NCBI GenBank assembly: GCA_040285745.1
Contig: JAUFOR010000003.1
Coordinates: forward strand, 1,488,001 to 1,552,000
Origin: Barthelona sp. PCE
Taxonomy: Eukaryota
DNA length: 64,000 bases
Direction of reading: 5' to 3'
Shown here: piece by piece, positions 32,909-44,100 of the stretch
Numbering within the stretch: position 1 is the first letter of the stretch
How the letters are laid out: each line of letters starts with the position of its first letter
Notes under the pieces: generated by a model
The model's input: the letters and a program-made list of their open reading frames with translations, nothing else
Databases searched by the model: none
Told to the model about the DNA's origin: nothing
Made by a program: the position numbers and the translations under genes

Positions 32909-33415
32909 CTAACTGACCCGCTGTATCTTGCGCACGGTGGTTTTCAAAACTGTTCCGTCATCCAGACGAACATTAACATTGTTGTCATCACAATAAATAA
33001 CAACACCCCTTGAATTCTGAAACCTTCCTTCAACAACTGCGATGGTGTGTCCAACCAGCCCGGTTTCAAATGTGTTAGAACCTCTCTTTTTTGTAGCTTC
33101 CTCAGGTAAGGAATACCGATCAATCAAACAATCACCAAATTTTTGACACATTTTAAACCCTATATCCTTCTCAAACACAAAGGAATCCTGCCAGTTCTTG
33201 TCCACCGGTGCTCGAAATGTTACTGTGAAATCAGGAACGCTATTACCCAAATTTTCCAGTGAAAAATTGCTTGTTGCAACTATTTCATCCTTGACTACGC
33301 TGGATCCAAAGAACTGTTTTGGTGTAGGATTGGTATCAATGGATGAATGCTGATGTGGTGATGAAACCGCTTTAAAAACCCCGGTTCCCGTCTTTTTCTT
33401 CTTTTTCTTGAACAT
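32909..33415 (-). CDS. small degenerate G-patch plus KOW protein (Spp2/GPKOW-like)
   Basis: EKDIGFKMCQKFG resembles the G-patch helix. The C-terminal GHTIAVVEGRFQNSRGVV...VNVRL...IQRVS is a KOW motif. Confidence 0.55.
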   Translation of the reverse strand: MFKKKKKKTGTGVFKAVSSPHQHSSIDTNPTPKQFFGSSVVKDEIVATSNFSLENLGNSVPDFTVTFRAPVDKNWQDSFVFEKDIGFKMCQKFGDCLIDRYSLPEEATKKRGSNTFETGLVGHTIAVVEGRFQNSRGVVIYCDDNNVNVRLDDGTVLKTTVRKIQRVS

Positions 33416-33653
33416 ATGAACTCGGGTGGAGTATACAGGGATAATTATACCTGTAAGTCCAACGAAAAGGGTAATATTTTAATAATAAAGAAATCCAAGA
33501 AGTGCAAGAGGTATTTGGTGAACCACCAGTTCACCGGACATGACCATGCAATTCTGCCCTGTGGCATGTACAGAATAGAAAATATGTGGTAAAAATTCAT
33601 TTTCCGTTTTTCACACCTTCAACGCGTAATTAACACGTGCTTTATTGTTGGGA

Positions 33654-35735
33654 ATGCCACAATATTTCGATAAGGGGCCTCTTCAACCGCATCAATCTTC
33701 ATCACAGCACCATCAGTCGGATAATTATGACTGGCGATCGTTACGATTTCATGAGAAGGCTGTACGAGATGCAATAGATCACATGAGCCACTTTCGCGCC
33801 CGGCATAACAAGAAAGACACGGATGAGTTGCCCATCGCAGAGCACCGACAACGTATTCTTGATACCGTTCGGGACACTCAGTTCACCATTGTTGTGGGTG
33901 ACCCGGGTTCAGGAAAGACCACACAGCTACCACAGTACCTTTTGAGCGAGCTGAATCGTGGGAAATCTGTAGTGTGTACGCAACCACGTCGTGTCGCCGC
34001 TGTAAGTGTGGCAAAACGAGTTTCATTTGAACAAAACTGCCCTGTTGGGTCTCTTGTTGGCTATTCTGTGCGTTTTGACAACCAGCGCTCGGAGAGAACG
34101 CGCCTCGTCTACATGACTGATGGTATGTTGTTGAGGGAGATCGTACAAGACCCAATGCTGAACAAGTACCAGTATATCATGATCGATGAGGCTCACGAAC
34201 GAAGTGTTAACTCGGATCTATTACTTTCACTTATAAAGGCCTTGGCAGCGAAACGTCCTTCACTTCGTGTCATCGTCTCTTCCGCGACCATCAACGCGGA
34301 TCTTTTCGTCAGGTACTTCGGTCAAGAACGGACAAATGTGATGCATGTGGGCGGGCGTCCGTTCTCAGTTACTAATGTTTACACTAACGCGCCGTGTGCC
34401 GACTATGTTCATGATATTGTGCAACTACTCATGACAATACACACGCAGATGCCTATTGGTGATGTCCTCGTTTTTCTGAGTGGTGCTGATGATATTTCGC
34501 AGACCAAGACGCAGTTTGAGAATGTATTTGCCAGTTACAGTGGCGAGAACAGCAACGCACGTGAGCCTTCGATCCTCCCGTTGTACTCTGCTCTTCCGCT
34601 TAACGAACAGCAGCGGGTTTTCGCACCTGGAAAGAGGGGTACTCGAAAAATCGTGCTTTCGACGAATATTGCAGAAACAAGTCTTACTGTACAGGGCGTC
34701 AAGTACGTCATTGACAGCGGATTCCACAAACAGCTCGTCTACAACGCAGCTTCGCAAGAACAGGGCCTCATTCGGACGTACGTGTCGCAGCAGTCTGCAA
34801 ATCAACGTAGCGGTCGTGCAGGCCGTGTAAGTAGCGGTATATGTTTCCGCATGTTCACAAAAACGATGTTCCAGCGTGAAATGCCGGCGGTGATCGAGCC
34901 TGAGATCGCGAGATCACGAGTAGAAGACACAGTTCTCTTCCTAAGTATGTTCCGGGTAACGAACCCCTTTGGGTATGACTGGATAACACCACCATCCGCC
35001 GAGGCCCTGACGCAGGCTATACAGACGCTGCATGTACTTCAACTACTGAGCAGAAATATGGAGGTTACCCCGCTCGGACGCTCGTTGTCCACTTTTCCAC
35101 TCACGCCGCGACTCGGAACTGTCTTCATTAATTCCATCCGTAGAGGTGTGGGCACGGAGGTTGCAATTATTTTGAGTGTGATGACCGCAGGCACATCAGT
35201 CTTCCACACAACACGTGATGGCAAGCTATTGGAACGTAGAAAGCAGCTTTTACACAACAGTGGAGATCATATGACGCTCCACAACGTATTTCGGGCTTGG
35301 ATGGAGCGAGAATACAGCCGTGACTGGTGTCTTGAATTCGGACTCAACATTAAGACGTTGGAACGGGCAAAGAACATTAGTCAGCAGCTCTTATCCATCG
35401 TTACACGGTACAATGTCGAAAAACCTGTGTTTACAAAAGATGAAATCGCAGAAACTGTTCTCAAATGCTTTTTGACAGCATACCACGATCAGATTGCAAT
35501 TCTAGATAAGACTGGTCTCTATAGAACCGTGTATAGTGGGCGCATCATCGGTCTCGGGCGAGGGAGCACACTGCAGCGCTTGAGAATGATGGATTTACCC
35601 GAAATGATTGTTTTTGATCAGATCGTGACCATCGAGGCACGCAGCACTCTCGTCAACACGTCTCACTTGGAACCTGTGTGGATCAGCGAGATGCTGCCCT
35701 GGGTCAAGGATTCAATCTCGCATGCAATGAAGTAG
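33654..35735 (+). CDS. DEAH-box splicing RNA helicase (Prp2/DHX16-like within the Prp2/16/22 group)
   Basis: GSGKTT, TQPRRVAA, MTDGMLLRE, DEAH, SAT, TNIAETSLT, SANQRSGRAGRV, then HA2/OB regions (GDHMTLHNV). The subfamily is tentative. Confidence 0.92.
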   Translation: MPQYFDKGPLQPHQSSSQHHQSDNYDWRSLRFHEKAVRDAIDHMSHFRARHNKKDTDELPIAEHRQRILDTVRDTQFTIVVGDPGSGKTTQLPQYLLSELNRGKSVVCTQPRRVAAVSVAKRVSFEQNCPVGSLVGYSVRFDNQRSERTRLVYMTDGMLLREIVQDPMLNKYQYIMIDEAHERSVNSDLLLSLIKALAAKRPSLRVIVSSATINADLFVRYFGQERTNVMHVGGRPFSVTNVYTNAPCADYVHDIVQLLMTIHTQMPIGDVLVFLSGADDISQTKTQFENVFASYSGENSNAREPSILPLYSALPLNEQQRVFAPGKRGTRKIVLSTNIAETSLTVQGVKYVIDSGFHKQLVYNAASQEQGLIRTYVSQQSANQRSGRAGRVSSGICFRMFTKTMFQREMPAVIEPEIARSRVEDTVLFLSMFRVTNPFGYDWITPPSAEALTQAIQTLHVLQLLSRNMEVTPLGRSLSTFPLTPRLGTVFINSIRRGVGTEVAIILSVMTAGTSVFHTTRDGKLLERRKQLLHNSGDHMTLHNVFRAWMEREYSRDWCLEFGLNIKTLERAKNISQQLLSIVTRYNVEKPVFTKDEIAETVLKCFLTAYHDQIAILDKTGLYRTVYSGRIIGLGRGSTLQRLRMMDLPEMIVFDQIVTIEARSTLVNTSHLEPVWISEMLPWVKDSISHAMK

Positions 35736-35757
35736 AAAAAAGACAAACTCATTTTCT

Positions 35758-36225
35758 TCACTCAAACATTGATTGAATTTGTTCGAAATCAGCAATTGCG
35801 TCATCTAGCCTCCGCTTGGCGACTACAACAGGTAGAGTTGAACATAGTTGCTCCAATATGTCTGAAAACTCACCATACGTCTGAAGCGAGGGAAACAAAT
35901 GACATTTTATCATTTCATGAGGAATTCCCTTGTTCATAACCATGGATATACACATACGTGCCTGGTTTATGAACATTGGTACAAATGACGTGAAGATGTG
36001 CATCGATGAGCACTGTTGTTTGTGAGTTTCTTCAAGAACAGAACAATATTTTTGCTTTAACCCCGTTTTAAGCCCAGGAATATCAAATAAAGGTGTATTA
36101 GCGGTCTCTAATTGAGATAAACGCTGATTTGCAATTTTTTGTCGCTTCGTAGCGCTCAAAAAAACATCAATTGTTTGTTTGAGCGTCGATAGCTCCTCCA
36201 AAACGGCAGAATACCGCTTTCTCAT
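35758..36225 (-). CDS. small helical protein, possibly C1orf109-like
   Basis: 155-codon ORF from ATG 36225. TPLFDIPGLKTGLKQK recalls the C1orf109 motif, but the match is weak. Confidence 0.5.
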   Translation of the reverse strand: MRKRYSAVLEELSTLKQTIDVFLSATKRQKIANQRLSQLETANTPLFDIPGLKTGLKQKYCSVLEETHKQQCSSMHIFTSFVPMFINQARMCISMVMNKGIPHEMIKCHLFPSLQTYGEFSDILEQLCSTLPVVVAKRRLDDAIADFEQIQSMFE

Positions 36226-36310
36226 CCATGAAAAAAGTAAAGAATTCGTATTCACGATTCACTTCCATTTCTTTGTATATTTTATTGTTTTTCAGGGACA
36301 CAGATTCAAA

Positions 36311-36595
36311 ATGCTCATCTACGTACATATGCTTAACGACATCATCCAGATCGAAGCAGGAGAGGGTAACCAAAACCTGCTGTGGCTTTCTCATGCCTCA
36401 ATCTCGCTCTATGTCGCCCTGAAGAAGGGCTCGGTCGAACTATCAGATCTTAACGCGATCGGAAACCCCGTATCTATCAATATGCAGGAGGGAGATGAGC
36501 TTGACTTCAAAGCCATAATTAAAGATACCCTCGAGCATGAAATGCACGTGTGGCTCGTTGTGGACATCATTGCAAACGCAAGAGTACAAGAATAA
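36311..36595 (+). CDS. stand-alone Par3/HAL N-terminal-like (ubiquitin/PB1-fold) protein
   Basis: Pattern MLIYVH...IQIEAGEGNQNLLWL...GDELD...IKDTL...VWLV. 94 aa. Confidence 0.6.
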   Translation: MLIYVHMLNDIIQIEAGEGNQNLLWLSHASISLYVALKKGSVELSDLNAIGNPVSINMQEGDELDFKAIIKDTLEHEMHVWLVVDIIANARVQE

Positions 36596-36640
36596 TGATC
36601 GCAACACAAGAAATACATTGTAATTTTACATAAAATTGAA

Positions 36641-37994
36641 CTACATAAGAATCTGAGTCATACGAGAGTGCATCTCAAGATATAGTAAAGTCTCCCAAAT
36701 CTTCTCAACAGCTAGCTCGATATTCACTTCAGCAGAAGTGGGGAAGCAACAACTACGAATAACTGATAACTCACCTGGTGTGAAAGGGATATCTACATTG
36801 TGGAGCGCCCTCAGTGCATCCTCCTCGAGTACATTACCGTTCTTATTCTCATCATATGCCAGAAGACTTTCCTTGACCATTCTGCGCAAATTATCTCCGC
36901 TGAGCTCATGGATGGTTGTGGACTGGATGGTTGTTCTAAGGATGGTACCGTGCTGTGAGAGAACATCGAGGTTGATCATGTTATAAATGATGCGTGACGC
37001 AATGGGGACGAACTGACGCCATACAATCAAATTATCCTCGTTAAACTCGACCTCGCCCATGATTACATCGATCTGAATCTCGGAAAGACCAAGGTCAACC
37101 TTACGGAGGCAGTTTCGGATCATCTTGAAATCGAAGCAACCGCGACCCTCCGAATCAAAGACTGCAAAGGTGTCGGTCAACTTGCGCTCAACGTCCTCCA
37201 CGTTCAGGGGGCTGTACAGAATACCCTGACAGAGGCCATCAAGAAGATAATAAAAGATAAACCCGACAAAGTTGGTGTAGTCCACCATGTCGACGTTTGG
37301 CAGCTCCTGGATTAGGAAGTTAATTTCGTGCCTCGAGAAGTTCAGCTCGGAGGAGCGCAATACGCTGTAAACGTTTGCTTTTGTCAACTTACCAGTCTTC
37401 TCAACATCAACTTTTTCAAAAACACTCATCAAGCGGTTATCGAACTCACGCTTCTGATAGCCGTGGATGGGGGAGTCGTAGAGCATCTTACGGTCCTGGA
37501 ATGTGTCGGACATCTGAGGCATCTGGGACAGAATTGCAACAACAAGAGGTGCAAACTCCTCATAAGAGATGACGCCATCGTCGTTCTCGTCAAGCTCAAT
37601 AATGAGCCTGCGAACCTGGCGCTTAGAAAAGCCAAATTGGTCACTGTTCAATAACTAAATGTGAGAATGAGAAAAATTCAAATAGGTGCTGTACAAGCCC
37701 CATTCTGGATTAACATACATCGTGCATCTCGTCAAGGTCGAGGAATCCATTGCCATCGGCATCAGCGGTCTTAAAAATATCTGCAACAAGGGAGGCGAGC
37801 TCTTCCTCAGAAAAACGTGCAAACACATCTTCTACAGTTTCCTGTTGCTGCTTGTAGAGTTTCTGGAAATGCGTGGCACCGAATTCATAAATGTTTGAAG
37901 GTTGAGCACGCAGAACTTCACGTAAAAAGTTCTTTAGAACAAGAGGGAAGCCCTCGGGTATGTTGAGAGACGATGAGTACTTCGTGGACAGCAT
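36641..37994 (-). CDS. RIIa-domain plus multiple EF-hand protein (radial spoke RSP7-like), 2 exons: 37994-37719 and 37654-36641
   Basis: RIIa motif IPEGFPLVLKNFLREVLRAQPSNIYEFGATHF. EF loops DADGNGFLDLDE and DENDDGVISYEE. Removing the intron joins the two ORFs in frame. Confidence 0.85.
37655..37718 (-). other. spliceosomal intron, 64 nt, phase 0
   Basis: GTATGT...TTCTCACATTTAG. It contains an in-frame stop, and its removal restores the reading frame. Confidence 0.9.
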
Positions 37995-38187
37995 TATTCA
38001 GCAGGTAGCTATAAATGTACACAAGCGACCAAGAAAGGAGATAAAGTCTGAAAAACAGCATTCTAGCGTTTATTTGGTTTTTCCGCCAACGAACTGTGAT
38101 CTTGGAGGTACTACTATTCGATGGGTGTGCACAGATTGTTGAAAAGAAGATGAAGTGGTTGTTTTTGAATTTTATCCTTCTAAACAC

Positions 38188-39738
38188 ATGAGCCGTACAG
38201 TACTTCGTCACTTAGAAGAGTATCAGCGTCACAGAGTGCAATTTGTGCAATCCGTTGCTGAAATGGCAAGCAGGCCCGCTAACATCGAGGCTTTGATGTC
38301 TGGTAACGTTATGGCTCTGTTACGTCCTCTCTTACAGGATCCCGTGCCTGCGATTCAACAATCCTCAGCTTTGGCTTTGGGCAGACTAGCAAATCACTCA
38401 GATGAAATCGCTGAAGCGATTGTCATGCACGAAATTCTCCCACAGCTCGTGTACTCTCTCAATGAGCAAAACGTATACTTCACCATAGTTTAAAGATGCT
38501 TTACTAACTCCTAGAAATATTATAAGAAATCAGCTGCTCACGTTCTTAGAGCTGTTGCTAAACATTCACCTTCTCTTGCCCAATTCGTCGTCGAGAGCGG
38601 TGCCGTCGATGCGCTCGTGAACTGCTTGGAAGAATTCGATTCTGGTGTTAAGGAGTCTGCTGCTTGGGCCATCGGGCACATTGCCAGGCACACCTCTGAG
38701 CTCGCACAGGTTGTCGTCGATGCCGGCGCTGTTCCTCTGCTTGTTTTAACTCTTCAGGAGCCCGAACTACCCCTCAAGCGTATTTCCGCTTCATGTCTTT
38801 CTGATATTGCTAAGCACAACGCTGAGGTCGCACAGGCCGTCGTTGATTCCGGCGCCGTCGCACACCTTGCTCCTCTCTTGACGAATCCCGACGTCAAGGT
38901 TAAGCGTCAGGTTTGTTCCTGTCTTGGTCAAATCGCCAAGCACTCGTTCGAGCTTGCTGAGCTCATTGTCGAGCAGGAGGTGTTCCCCCGTGCCATTATC
39001 CTCCTCAAGGAGTCCGACGTCTTTGTCAAGAAGAACGCTTGTACGCTCATCCGTGAAATCGCCAAGCACACCCCCGATCTCGCCCAGCTCGTGGTCAACC
39101 ACGGTGGTGTCGCCGCCCTTGTGGATTATATCCTTGAGACGCACTCCAACAACCGTCTACCAGCCATTATGACACTTGGTTACATTGCTGCCTTCTCCGA
39201 GACACTAGCCGTGACCGTCATCCAAGCCAACACTGTGCCATGCCTCGTCAACGCCCTCTCCGAGGAGAGCGAGGACCACATCCGTGCTGCCACATGTTGG
39301 GCTCTCGGACAGATTGGCCGTCATTCGCCCGACCACGCCAAGGTCGTCTGCGATACGAACGTTCTGCCCATGATGCTCGAAATCTTCCTTGAGGACGGAG
39401 CAAGCGAGGACCTGCAGCTCAAGGCCAAGCGTGCCCTTAAGGCAATCATCCAGCGTTGCACTACATTGGAGGCGATTGATCCTTTACTTCACATTGCCCC
39501 CGTCTCCATTCTTCGCTATGTTGTCGGCCAGTTCGCAAAGGTACTGCCATCCGACGTAACTGCTAGAAAAGCTTTTGTTACCTCTGGTGGTTTACAGAAA
39601 CTGCAGACTATCGACGCCGAGCCTGGTTCAAAACTGAGGGAGTACATTGAAACGATCAACCAGTGCTACCCAGAAGACATTGTCAGGTTCTACTCACCCG
39701 GATACGCCAAGACCCTGCTTGATCAGATTGACGGTTAA
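38188..39738 (+). CDS. SPAG6: PF16/SPAG6 central-apparatus armadillo protein, 2 exons: 38188-38472 and 38515-39738
   Basis: EYQRHRVQFVQSVAE, AALALGRLANH-type and ESAAWAIGHIARH repeats, and the C-terminal CYPEDIVRFYSPGY are characteristic of the family. Confidence 0.96.
38473..38514 (+). other. spliceosomal intron, 42 nt, phase 0
   Basis: GTATAC...TACTAACTCCTAG. It contains an in-frame TAA. Splicing gives EQN|KYYKKSAA, which fits SPAG6. Confidence 0.92.
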
Positions 39739-39763
39739 CTCATTATGTAAAATAAAGTTATGA

Positions 39764-40246
39764 CTACGTTTCGGTAATTTTGTGGTATGGTGGCTTTACG
39801 ACATCAAATCCGTGATGGTGGAGGCTCTGTGTGACTGAGTCAACACTCACTGTCGATGAGAGATCAACTACCGATGATGTGTTGCCGCGACTGCGACGTC
39901 CACGAGATGAACCTTTGCCATCAACAGCAAAGTTCGACGAATAGTCTGTTCTCTGGGCTTTGCGGCGACCGCGTGTGGACTCGGTGCTCTGCAGGACCTC
40001 GGCAGTGCGTACAACATCGTGAATAAGCTTCTGGACAGCTATACTGATGAAACGTAGAGACCTCTTATCTGAAACACGAACTCCGTGTCTCGCGAGCAAT
40101 TCTGACGTCACTGCATCGGGGATGAGCGGATTATAGTCAGGAGACTCGAGTTTTTCACCAAGCTGAAGCAATTGTTGAACATTAAACCTATAGCTATCAG
40201 GAACGGGTATCCTGGTCGATGTGGGGGTGTGTGCTGTTGGCTGCAT
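39764..40246 (-). CDS. TAF10: TAF10, TFIID/SAGA subunit
   Basis: DYNPLIPDAVT...SDKRSLRFISIAVQKLIHDV and the C-terminal GFDVVKPPY. Confidence 0.88.
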   Translation of the reverse strand: MQPTAHTPTSTRIPVPDSYRFNVQQLLQLGEKLESPDYNPLIPDAVTSELLARHGVRVSDKRSLRFISIAVQKLIHDVVRTAEVLQSTESTRGRRKAQRTDYSSNFAVDGKGSSRGRRSRGNTSSVVDLSSTVSVDSVTQSLHHHGFDVVKPPYHKITET

Positions 40247-40291
40247 AACTGAAAAGGGGTAGAAAAAAAAACTGCAGAAAAACATTAGACT

Positions 40292-40861
40292 TTACAAAAA
40301 TCCTTCAAGGATTGAGTCATCAACAAGGTCATCGGTATTTATGTGCTTGTCCGGAGCCCGTACTTTAACATCCATTGTAGCAGGATTGTATAATTTCCAT
40401 ACGCTATTCTCTTGTTTCACCCACTGTTTTTGTTGGGGCCAATACAACCATCCTCTGCTGAAAAGCTCTTTTGAAGTGTGTATTTGGATGCGATCACGAG
40501 GATTCGCATAAAAAAGATGAAAAAGAATACTATCGTCAAGCTCAGGAATAGTTTCAACACTCAGTGTGGAAAGATCACGACCGAAAGGGGGGTGCTGATG
40601 AAAATAAGGGAAAACTAATCCAATATTGCGAGCAGGCCTTTTAAACTCTTCTGACAGTGGATGGAACCTACTGTAGCTCACCTTCTTTATGTCGTTCATT
40701 GTCTTGGCAGGTAAACCTACACGCAACATTGTTGCATTCTGTTCTGTTTCTTTTCTTGTGTGTAAGTTATGCAAATACGCCAGACCGTATTCTTCTGCGT
40801 TATCGTCGTCTTCTTCGTTGATAAAATTCAACTGTGCCCTCACAGATACTCCATTTGACAT
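40292..40861 (-). CDS. NOT2: CCR4-NOT subunit NOT2 (NOT2/3/5 domain)
   Basis: YGLAYL...VGL, then LFHLFYANPRDRIQ...ELFSRGWLY. Confidence 0.82.
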   Translation of the reverse strand: MSNGVSVRAQLNFINEEDDDNAEEYGLAYLHNLHTRKETEQNATMLRVGLPAKTMNDIKKVSYSRFHPLSEEFKRPARNIGLVFPYFHQHPPFGRDLSTLSVETIPELDDSILFHLFYANPRDRIQIHTSKELFSRGWLYWPQQKQWVKQENSVWKLYNPATMDVKVRAPDKHINTDDLVDDSILEGFL

Positions 40862-41157
40862 CTGTGCTTTGAAAAGGTGAGAAATCCTAATCCAATGATA
40901 TTGGGGTAATTGTGTGTTTATTTATGCACACTGTGCATGGACATGCGTGCAGAAATCGTGTACAATGCCTATAAATCATAGTTCTTCGAAACTGCACTAT
41001 TTTTTTTCCTCGCTCTAGATGCTTTTTTGATGCTTTTTGTCGAGCGCAGCAGTTTGTATACGTGAAGAAGAATATCTAAAAACAGCGGTTTGCCCTCTTT
41101 AGAATAACATTCAGCAATACTCATGAATACAATGGTCTAATAAATGTTTATTCACTT

Positions 41158-44100
41158 CTATTCACCTAATCTGCCCCAATTAACCATTATATCTTCCCGT
41201 GATATTATTTTTGGAGCCGCAAATTCAATACGTAACACAATAACCCTTCCAGTTTCATTTTTCCTAAGCAAACAGCCACCTTTGTCCATTTCTACAACTT
41301 TCCAGTCACTGAGCTGCTTTAAACGCTCACCGAGGAACTCAAATATTGTATCGTGGATGCTCTCCTTCGTTACAAAAAACAAAGATGCAATCTTGACGTA
41401 TTTTTCTTCAGATAACAACTGTTCGAGTCCATCTAAACCGAATATATCATATTCACTACATTTGTGATAGAACCAAGGATACTTCTCAACTCCATTAAAC
41501 TGTTCATCATACGATATGTACTGGACTCGACCTTTTGAAGCCCCCAAAGTTTCACGTAGAGGGAATATCGGTGCAGTGTCCATAAAAGAGCAGTACGGGT
41601 GCACATTTGAATCTATATAAACCGTAGGGATCTCCGTAATTGGAAGTAAAATACTTTTCCCGTTAAAATTGTATTGTAGCTTGCTTTTCTCTTCGTTTTT
41701 CATTGATTGTACTGTAAAATCTCTGTGTAAATGAACTTTGATGAACTTTTTCCAAAATAATATACATATTCCAAAAAAAACAATAAAAACAATTAAACAG
41801 CTAATCAAAAATTCAGTTTTTTCACCATGTTCTGCAAATAGTACAGCTCCGACAATTGACAATATAAGAGTTGTATTGAGATGCAATGAGTTAAAAATAC
41901 CTGAAAGAAGCTCACAAAATAAGAGTGTAACAAAATACTCCTTGTAATTAAAGAAATCCCAAAAATTACACCAAATACTAATGGGAATAACAGTAAAACA
42001 TGCTAATCTCTGACCTAACCTGGGGTTTTTCGATGAAATAAGCCAACTTAAAGCCAAAATTGCTAAATAAGGATCAAAAGTTCTGGTGTTTAAAATTGGG
42101 GCACAAAAAAGACTAAAAAATATCAAAATATAAACTAAAATCCCATACCATTCGCTGAATTTCATTCGAATGAACTGAACTGAAGATATTTTTATCAGAA
42201 TAACAACAATAACCCCGTACACAAAATACATTTTGCTTAAATCTTCGTTTTCAACCTTTAAAAGAAGTGTATCGTAGAATAAAAGGTGTAAACCAGAGTA
42301 GATCAAACATAGAAATGAAATAATAGCAAATAACTGAGCTGAAACATAAGTCTTCATACACAAATCCATTCTCTGTGCCTTGCTCCCTGATGACTTAAAC
42401 CTGTCTAACATTGTGCCAGTACGGTTATCGTTTTCTTCTGTCAGCTTAACAGCACCCAGAGCACTATTGTTCAAAAAAACACAAACAGCTCCTTCTTGCT
42501 GTTCAGCAAAATGGCTACTTACACATTGAACGGCACTTTGAGTAGCAGGGCAATCGGAATATACAACTATCTCAGGCCTAGCCTGTTCATAATTAAAAAT
42601 ATCATAAGCAGTAATCTTTAACTCTTCAATTTTTTTTAACACCTTTCTCCGATTGTTATGAGACAAATTATGAAACTTATCTCCCAATTGATACATCTTA
42701 AAGTTGTTGAATATGTCTCTAAACTCTTCATCGCTCAAGTGTTTGAAGAAGGTTAAAAAAAGCTCTTCAAAATGATTAGTCAAATGCAGAGCCCATACAA
42801 AATGACAGTTTGCAGTTTTTTCTACATGCCTTCTCGTTGGGAGGAGACTGCTAGTCTGTACTGTTGGTAAAGGCGTTGAACGAAAATGTTTGAACTTTGC
42901 TACTTTTAAAATTCTCAAAAAAACAATACACTCAGAATCTGAGAACTGATGAGCAAATTGCAACACATTCTTAAACTGAGCTTTTTTGAAATATAAAAAA
43001 CTGACTTCTTCAGGTATAAACCCATGAAATACTTGGTACAACTCTCTACTTTGCAGAAGAACAATACCTTGACCTTGACCCCAAACCAGCTCGGTAGCAG
43101 CTTTCTTCTGTTCGTCTGTTTTTTCCTTAGTTTTATATAAAATGGCTGCAGCGCTACCCACGTGTAAATAACCTTCACAACTCTTATCCAATATAAAGTC
43201 ATAAAATAATGACAGTAACCCATCATCTTTGCAAATAACATTGCGAATTCCGTTATTTTTCTTCATATAGTCCCAGAGCACATTAACACCCACAGACCTA
43301 TTGCTTTCATACTTAACAAGAATAGCAGTGAGAATATCCTCACTTAACCAACCAAATATCTCTTTTTCAAGAAAAGGAATGAATAAAAGAGTGTTGTATT
43401 TGCCCCAACCCTCACTGTCTTCATAATCTTTAAGCAAAAGATCCTTGATAAAATGGATTCTATCATAGTACATTTCAAACAATTTCTTCAACATGTCCTC
43501 CTCCTTATGTATCAAAAGATGAACGGCTATACGTCTCAACAGCCTGGGTGTGATGTTATCATCCCTACACTTTCTAATATCATATCGCTCAGATATACTT
43601 CGAACAAAATTTACCACATCGTTTGGCTGCAATTCAGAACGGTTATACATGGTCTCAAAAATTGCAACATGAGCCATATGCAAATAATTTGGTATATCAT
43701 TCCGTAAATTATCAATTATTCCCTCATCAATCAATGAATTTAAATCATTAAAACTAGTATTGAATACTGACCACAAATGACCAATAACATCGTGGTTAAG
43801 GGACAACTCAACTATACGATAATAATACTTCTCTTCAAATACATAGCATATGATTGAACAAGTTACGCTTCCCAAATAACTGGGAAGATCTTCCGGTCTT
43901 AATCCTTCAATGTTTTGATCACCTAAAAATAACTCACCAATTTCCTTTCTAGGCCCTGTGAAATGTTGATTGGAAACATATTTGAACACATCACCCTTAA
44001 AGTCATCATTTTTTTCCTTTATGTAAACAAAAAATTTTCTAATATCATCAATATCAAGATTACCGTAACAGACTTCTCCCAAATGATCATAGCAACGATC

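Noticed and set aside
33440-33510. U1 snRNA-like words on the minus strand (ACTTACAGG, TTGCACT)
   Set aside because: They are in the wrong order, with no U1 stem architecture or Sm site.
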